Below, in pieces: positions 58,913-64,000 of a stretch of 64,000 bases of DNA. The position numbers and the translations under genes were made by a program. The notes under the pieces were generated by a model. The model saw only the letters and a program-made list of their open reading frames with translations. It did not search any database and was not told the DNA's origin. Origin of the DNA: an uncultured Chitinophagaceae bacterium (GTDB lineage: Bacteria > Bacteroidota > Bacteroidia > Chitinophagales > Chitinophagaceae). The stretch covers positions 83,131-147,130 of the forward strand of contig CAYPQN010000002.1 in assembly GCA_964412885.1 (NCBI GenBank), given 5' to 3'. Numbering within the stretch: the stretch's first letter is position 1; every line of letters begins with the position of its first letter.

Positions 58913-61081
58913 ATGTTCATCTTGTCGCCCATCGACTTCACCCTACCCCTGAAGAATCCTGTGATTATTTTTTCGCTGGTCCTCTTCATTATACTCTTTG
59001 CCCCCATCCTTTTCAACAAGATCAAGGTTCCGCATATCATCGGTCTGATCATCGCTGGCGTCATCGTCGGACCCTATGGGCTTAATCTGCTGCGCCGGGA
59101 TGCGAGCATCGTACTTTTCGGCACCGTAGGCCTCCTCTACATCATGTTCCTGGCCGGTCTGGAGATCGACCTGGGGGAGTTCAAAAAAAATACGAAAAAA
59201 ATTCTGGTCTTTGGCCTCACGACTTTTGTGCTTCCCTTAGGGTTCGGCTTGCTGGCCAGCTATTATATCCTGGGTTATGGGCTCATGTCCAGCATTTTGC
59301 TGGCCAGCATGTTCTCGACCCATACCCTGGTGTCCTATCCCATAGCCAGCAAATACGGGGTCACCCGAAATCGGGCCGTATCCATGACCGTGGGGGGCAC
59401 CATGATCACGGATATTCTGGCCCTGCTGATCCTGGCCGCCATTGCCGGAATGGCCAAAGGAGAAGTATCCGGCAGTTTCTGGGTACAGCTGGGCATATCC
59501 TCCATTCTTTTTGTTTGCATTGTGTTCTTCCTGTTTCCGCTGATCATCCGCTGGTTCTTCAAGAATTTCGAGGACAGCGTCTCCCAATATATCTTCGTGC
59601 TGGCCATGGTCTTTCTGGCCGCATTCCTGGCGGAAGCCGCCGGCATAGAGGCCATCATCGGGGCCTTCTTCGCCGGACTCGTGCTTAACCGATTCGTGCC
59701 TCACTCTTCCTATTTGATGAGCCGGATCGACTTTGTGGGCAATGCCTTGTTCATTCCCTTTTTTCTGATCAGCGTAGGCATGCTGGTCGACGTCAGCGTC
59801 CTGATTAAGGGATGGGGGGCTCTAAAGGTGGCGGCGGTGATTATTGCCGCCGCCCTGGCCACGAAATACCTGGCGGCCCTGATTACTCAAAAAGCCTTCC
59901 GGCTCAGTTCGGCTGAGGGGCGAATGATTTTTGGTCTGAGCACAGCCCATGCTGCCGCCACCCTGGCCATTATTCTGGTGGGCTATAATATCATCATCGG
60001 GGAATCGGCCACGGGAGAACCCATACGCCTGCTGAATGAGGATATACTCAATGGAACCATTCTGCTGATTCTGGTCAGCTGCGCGGTGAGTTCCTTTGTG
60101 GTGGAGAAAGCCTCCAAAGATCTGGTGCTGGAAGGGGAATCCGATATCGGCCAAAACGGCGGGGATCCCTCCAGTCAGGAAAGGATCATGCTGGCCCTGG
60201 CTTATCCGGATATGGTCAAGGATATGGTCGATCTGGGCATTCGCTTGAAACCGAAAAAAAGCCTGGTGCCCATATACGGGCTCAATATCATCGACGAGGA
60301 AAAGCTTACGGAGTCCACCAAGAAAGGGGGAAAGAAAATCCTGGAATCCGCCATCGCCCATGCCCATGCCTCAGACGACAGCATAATACCGCTGACCCGC
60401 TATGATTCCAGCGTGAGCAACGGCATAGTGTACACCATAAAGGAACAGGAAATCACAGACCTGATCATCGGCCTGCACAAAGGAGAGGACTCCAAAAATT
60501 TTCTGGGACCCATAGTGGGCAGCATAGTAAGGCGCTGCTTCGACAGCATTTTCGTTTACAAGCCGGTGCAGCCGATAAACACCCTCAAGAGGATGGTGGT
60601 CGTTGCCCCGCCCAAGGCTGAAACCGAAGCGGGATTTCTGCGCTGGCTCAATCAGATGATCATGATCGCCCGGGAAGGAGGCATGTCCATTCACTTCTTT
60701 GCCGATGCCCTGACCCTCCCTTTCATCCAGAATATCTGTGAACGAAGGGCGGAAACCTTGAAGATTCAGTATTCGGAATTCTCTGACTGGGAAGATTTTC
60801 TGATTCTCAGCCGGGAAATCAAAGCCAATGACTTATTTGTAGTCGTGGCCTCCAGAAAGGGGAACAACTCCTATCATGCCCAGCAGAATAAGCTCCCCAA
60901 CCACCTGAGCAAATATTTCACCGATACCAGCTTCCTGCTGATCTACCCCAAACAGGTGGAATCAGGAATCAATATGGGCAATATCGAGCAGGCAGATACG
61001 GCGCTGATCGACACGATCAGCGACCAGATTGATGCCATCGGCAAGGCGGGCAGATTCATCCGCAAAATGCTGAAAAAATGA
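58913..61081 (+). CDS. Cation:proton antiporter (CPA-type Na+/H+ exchanger domain) fused to a cytoplasmic, probably USP-like, regulatory region
   Basis: About 400 aa with roughly 12 TM helices (HIIGLIIAGVIVGPYGL, LMFLAGLEIDL motifs), then about 320 aa soluble with two repeats that resemble universal-stress-protein folds. The USP call is tentative. Confidence 0.8.
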   Translation: MFILSPIDFTLPLKNPVIIFSLVLFIILFAPILFNKIKVPHIIGLIIAGVIVGPYGLNLLRRDASIVLFGTVGLLYIMFLAGLEIDLGEFKKNTKKILVFGLTTFVLPLGFGLLASYYILGYGLMSSILLASMFSTHTLVSYPIASKYGVTRNRAVSMTVGGTMITDILALLILAAIAGMAKGEVSGSFWVQLGISSILFVCIVFFLFPLIIRWFFKNFEDSVSQYIFVLAMVFLAAFLAEAAGIEAIIGAFFAGLVLNRFVPHSSYLMSRIDFVGNALFIPFFLISVGMLVDVSVLIKGWGALKVAAVIIAAALATKYLAALITQKAFRLSSAEGRMIFGLSTAHAAATLAIILVGYNIIIGESATGEPIRLLNEDILNGTILLILVSCAVSSFVVEKASKDLVLEGESDIGQNGGDPSSQERIMLALAYPDMVKDMVDLGIRLKPKKSLVPIYGLNIIDEEKLTESTKKGGKKILESAIAHAHASDDSIIPLTRYDSSVSNGIVYTIKEQEITDLIIGLHKGEDSKNFLGPIVGSIVRRCFDSIFVYKPVQPINTLKRMVVVAPPKAETEAGFLRWLNQMIMIAREGGMSIHFFADALTLPFIQNICERRAETLKIQYSEFSDWEDFLILSREIKANDLFVVVASRKGNNSYHAQQNKLPNHLSKYFTDTSFLLIYPKQVESGINMGNIEQADTALIDTISDQIDAIGKAGRFIRKMLKK

Positions 61082-61256
61082 GCCGCAACCTCATGACCGC
61101 GGGGAAATGTCCTTTTGGCCATCCCTATGTTTCTGCATTAGCCGAAAGCCCATTTCTCCTTTTCCTTAATTTTGCGCATGCAGAAAAGGAGGCGGACCAG
61201 CTTCCATTCACCGAAAAAAATGCCTTTCCCCGGGCAATTCACAGGGGACAAAAAAT

Positions 61257-63158
61257 ATGAAGAATCAGAACTTGGAATATAACGAGGACAGCATACGCTC
61301 TCTGGACTGGAGGGAGCATATCCGGCTTCGTCCCGGCATGTATATAGGTAAGCTGGGCGACGGAAGCAGTATGGACGATGGCATATACATTCTGGTAAAG
61401 GAGGTGGTGGATAATGCCATAGACGAGTTCACCATGGGTGCGGGCAAAAGGATTGACATCCATATAAAGAACGGACAGGTGAGTGTGAGGGACTATGGCC
61501 GCGGGATTCCCCTGGGCAAGTTGGTCGACGTAGTCAGCAAAATCAACACCGGAGCCAAATACGACAGCAAGGCTTTCCAGAAATCCGTGGGACTGAACGG
61601 AGTGGGGACTAAAGCCGTCAATGCCCTGAGCGATCGCTTTTTCATCCGTTCCATTAGGGACGGAAAGCAAAAATCCGCCCAGTTCGCCAAAGGGGTACTG
61701 GAAAAGGAATTCCCGATCAGCGATACCCATGAACCGAATGGCACTCTGGTGGAATTCACTCCCGATGAATCCGTCTTCCGCCACTATCGGTTTATCGAAG
61801 ATTATGTGGAGAATCAGGTTTGGAATTACTGCTACCTCAACGCCGGGCTGCTCATTCATTTCAACGGGCGCAATTACCTTTCCCGCAATGGCCTGCTGGA
61901 CCTGCTTCAGCGGAAGGTCAACGAAGAAGACCTGCGCTATCCCATCATTCATCTGAAAGGGGAAGACATCGAACTGGCCATAACCCATACCAGCGATTAT
62001 GGAGAAGACATATATTCTTTCGTCAATGGACAGCATACCACTCAGGGAGGCACCCATCAGTCTGCTTTCCGGGAGATGTTTGTCAAAGTGATCCGCGAGT
62101 TCTTCAAAAAGGACTATGACCCCGGGGATATCCGCCAGAGCATAGCCGCCGCCATTTCCGTGAGGGTCCAGGAGCCCGTATTCGAGTCCCAGACCAAAAC
62201 CAAGCTGGGCTCGGCCTATGTATGGGAATCGGGTCCGTCGATGAAATCTTTTGTCCATGATTTCCTTTCCCGGGAGCTGGACAACTACCTGCATAAGAAT
62301 CCTGAAGTGGCCGAGGCCATGAAAAAAAGGATCGAGCAAAGTGAAAGGGAAAGAAAGGAACTGTCCGGAATCCGTAAGTTGGCCAATGAGCGGGCCAAGA
62401 AGGCCAACCTGCACAATCGGAAACTCCGGGACTGCCGGGTCCATCTGAATGCTGCCCCTCCGGCAAAAAACCGGGAAGCCTTTATCCAAAATCAACTGGA
62501 AAGCACCTTGTTCATCACCGAAGGAGATTCGGCATCTGGATCGATCACCAAAAGCCGCAACGTGGAAACCCAGGCTGTATTCAGCCTAAGAGGGAAACCC
62601 TTGAATTGTTTTGGACTGAGCAAAAAAATCGTCTATGAGAACGAGGAGTTCAACCTGCTTCAACACGCGCTGAACATTGAGGAAGGGATCGAAGGACTTC
62701 GATACAATCATATTATTATCGCCACAGACGCGGACGTGGACGGTATGCATATCCGACTGCTGCTGATGACCTTCTTCCTGCAGTTTTTTCCGGACCTGGT
62801 AAAGAACGGCCATGTATACATTCTCGAAACACCCCTGTTCCGGGTGAGAAACAAAAAGGAGACCCGGTATTGTTATTCCGAGGAGGAAAGAAGGAAAGCC
62901 GTGGCCGAGCTGGGACCCAAGCCAGAGATCACCAGATTCAAGGGACTGGGGGAAATCTCTCCTCATGAATTTGCCCAGTTTATCGGCGAGGATATCCGAA
63001 AAGAGCCCGTATTGATCAGCCAGGAATCCCAGATTCAGAAACTGCTGGAATTCTACATGGGTAAAAACACCCCCAGCCGCCAGCAATTCATTATGGAAAA
63101 CCTGAGAATAGAATCCGATCTGGTGGAAGAAACCGAAGAGGCCAGCCCGGTGTCCTGA
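61257..63158 (+). CDS. parE: DNA topoisomerase IV subunit B (type IIA topoisomerase ATPase subunit)
   Basis: GHKL ATPase and TOPRIM ([24 protein letters not shown]). The N-terminal [25 protein letters not shown] is the form I associate with Bacteroidota ParE rather than GyrB. Confidence 0.8.
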   Translation: MKNQNLEYNEDSIRSLDWREHIRLRPGMYIGKLGDGSSMDDGIYILVKEVVDNAIDEFTMGAGKRIDIHIKNGQVSVRDYGRGIPLGKLVDVVSKINTGAKYDSKAFQKSVGLNGVGTKAVNALSDRFFIRSIRDGKQKSAQFAKGVLEKEFPISDTHEPNGTLVEFTPDESVFRHYRFIEDYVENQVWNYCYLNAGLLIHFNGRNYLSRNGLLDLLQRKVNEEDLRYPIIHLKGEDIELAITHTSDYGEDIYSFVNGQHTTQGGTHQSAFREMFVKVIREFFKKDYDPGDIRQSIAAAISVRVQEPVFESQTKTKLGSAYVWESGPSMKSFVHDFLSRELDNYLHKNPEVAEAMKKRIEQSERERKELSGIRKLANERAKKANLHNRKLRDCRVHLNAAPPAKNREAFIQNQLESTLFITEGDSASGSITKSRNVETQAVFSLRGKPLNCFGLSKKIVYENEEFNLLQHALNIEEGIEGLRYNHIIIATDADVDGMHIRLLLMTFFLQFFPDLVKNGHVYILETPLFRVRNKKETRYCYSEEERRKAVAELGPKPEITRFKGLGEISPHEFAQFIGEDIRKEPVLISQESQIQKLLEFYMGKNTPSRQQFIMENLRIESDLVEETEEASPVS

Positions 63159-63411
63159 TCCAGTACTCCCTGGCGGCCCGGAAGGAACGGAGGTGACTTC
63201 AGAAAACTGCCTAAATCCTTTCCTCCCTTTTCTTCGCCAAAAGGAATTATCCTGGCGGGGTTTCATTTCCGCCAGAAAAGGTTTTGGATTGGTTAGGATA
63301 GGGCAGAACGGGCATTAATCAAAAATATGAAGGCTTATACCTGGTTCAGCGAAAACCTTTTGCATTTTCCGTTAAGTATATACTATATTAGTGACCTAAG
63401 TGTCACAGAAA

Positions 63412-64000
63412 ATGAAATGCATTCTCAGTCTACTCCTTGCCCTGCTGCTGGGACCTTCCCTGTTCGCCCAGAATCTGGATTTCAAAACCGAAAAAGAACT
63501 GGACGAGTACGTAATCGGTATTGGTCCTTTGGACGGACATGTTCTTCAATATATCGTGGATACCATTACCAAAAGGAGAACCCTTTCGGAGAAGCAGAGA
63601 GCCCGGGCGATTTATACCTGGATAAGCCATCACGTCGATTATGATTGCCTCGGTGACCGATCCCCGGGATCGTACAATCCTTCGGCCTCCGCCGTACTGA
63701 ATAGTCGCAGCGGAAACCACCTGGGGATGGCCAACCTGTATGTGGCCATGGCCCGGCTGGCCCGGCTGGAAGCAATAGTCATTCCCGGACACTATAAATC
63801 CGATCCCCGCCATATCCGAAATCTCAACAAATGGACAGAACATACCTGGAATGGAGTCCGGATAAACGGGCAATGGTGCCTACTGGATGTTTCCCTGTCC
63901 GCAGGGACTACCGATCGCAAATGCCGGTTCTTCACCCGGGATGAAACCGATGTATGGTTCTGCCCTCCTCCCCAATTATTTGTGCTCAGCCATTATCCCG
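63412..64000 (+). CDS. Secreted transglutaminase-like domain protein, 3'-partial (absent from the ORF track because it runs off the window)
   Basis: My own translation from ATG 63412 is open to the window end: MKCILSLLLALLLGPSLFAQ... . It contains RSGNHLGMANLYVAMARLARLEAIVIPG and HTWNGVRINGQWCLLDVS, the transglutaminase-core pattern. Confidence 0.7.
   Translation, partial: MKCILSLLLALLLGPSLFAQNLDFKTEKELDEYVIGIGPLDGHVLQYIVDTITKRRTLSEKQRARAIYTWISHHVDYDCLGDRSPGSYNPSASAVLNSRSGNHLGMANLYVAMARLARLEAIVIPGHYKSDPRHIRNLNKWTEHTWNGVRINGQWCLLDVSLSAGTTDRKCRFFTRDETDVWFCPPPQLFVLSHYP

Noticed and set aside
1-64000. Search for CRISPR repeats, IS elements, integrases, phage genes, toxin-antitoxin pairs, reverse transcriptases and known defence-system genes.
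   Set aside because: I recognised none. No repeat arrays or terminal inverted repeats were seen by eye, and every large ORF has a housekeeping or envelope assignment. A whole-window repeat search by computation would be needed to exclude short dispersed repeats.

Overview
This window reads as ordinary chromosomal core sequence from a Bacteroidota-type genome. The phylum call rests on four things seen in the sequence. Several proteins carry T9SS C-terminal sorting domains. TTTG-N19/20-TAnnTTTG promoter boxes are present. Start codons are preceded by A-rich leaders with no Shine-Dalgarno. DUF1573, PSP1 and alternative-CcmD type genes are present. I can support about 50 protein genes, two tRNAs (Gly-GCC and Leu-UAA), several intrinsic terminators and two promoter candidates.

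Gene content is mostly housekeeping:
- Translation: rplK-rplA-rplJ-rplL, aspS, proS, the tRNAs and trhO.
- Central and cofactor metabolism: aconitase, glutamate dehydrogenase, L-serine dehydratase, dapB, kdsA, folK, ribBA and a UbiA-type prenyltransferase.
- DNA metabolism: recQ, parE and a deoxynucleoside kinase.
- Peptidases: DPP-IV-like S9B, prolyl oligopeptidase S9A, PepT, SppA and a T9SS-secreted M43 metalloprotease.
- Envelope: TamB, an OprB-like porin, a FadL-like barrel, ftsE, ccmBCD and a glycosyltransferase/formyltransferase island.

I found no CRISPR array, transposase, integrase, phage gene, toxin-antitoxin pair or recognisable defence system. I do not claim a novel system with confidence.

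The observations most worth a second look are:
- A secreted Gly/Tyr/Trp/Pro low-complexity protein sits directly upstream of a FadL-type outer-membrane barrel.
- A structured noncoding gap of about 330 nt follows rplL, at the position where rpoBC normally sits.
- An 11-nt extension of the -7 promoter box is shared by the rplK and tRNA-Gly promoters.
- A 60-codon ORF is joined by ATGA overlaps to both the antiporter gene and parE.
- A glycan island contains a stand-alone formyltransferase and is interrupted by ribBA.
- A transglutaminase-like protein has its catalytic Cys position occupied by His.

The many long antisense ORFs in the track are codon-aligned shadows of the real genes and are rejected.
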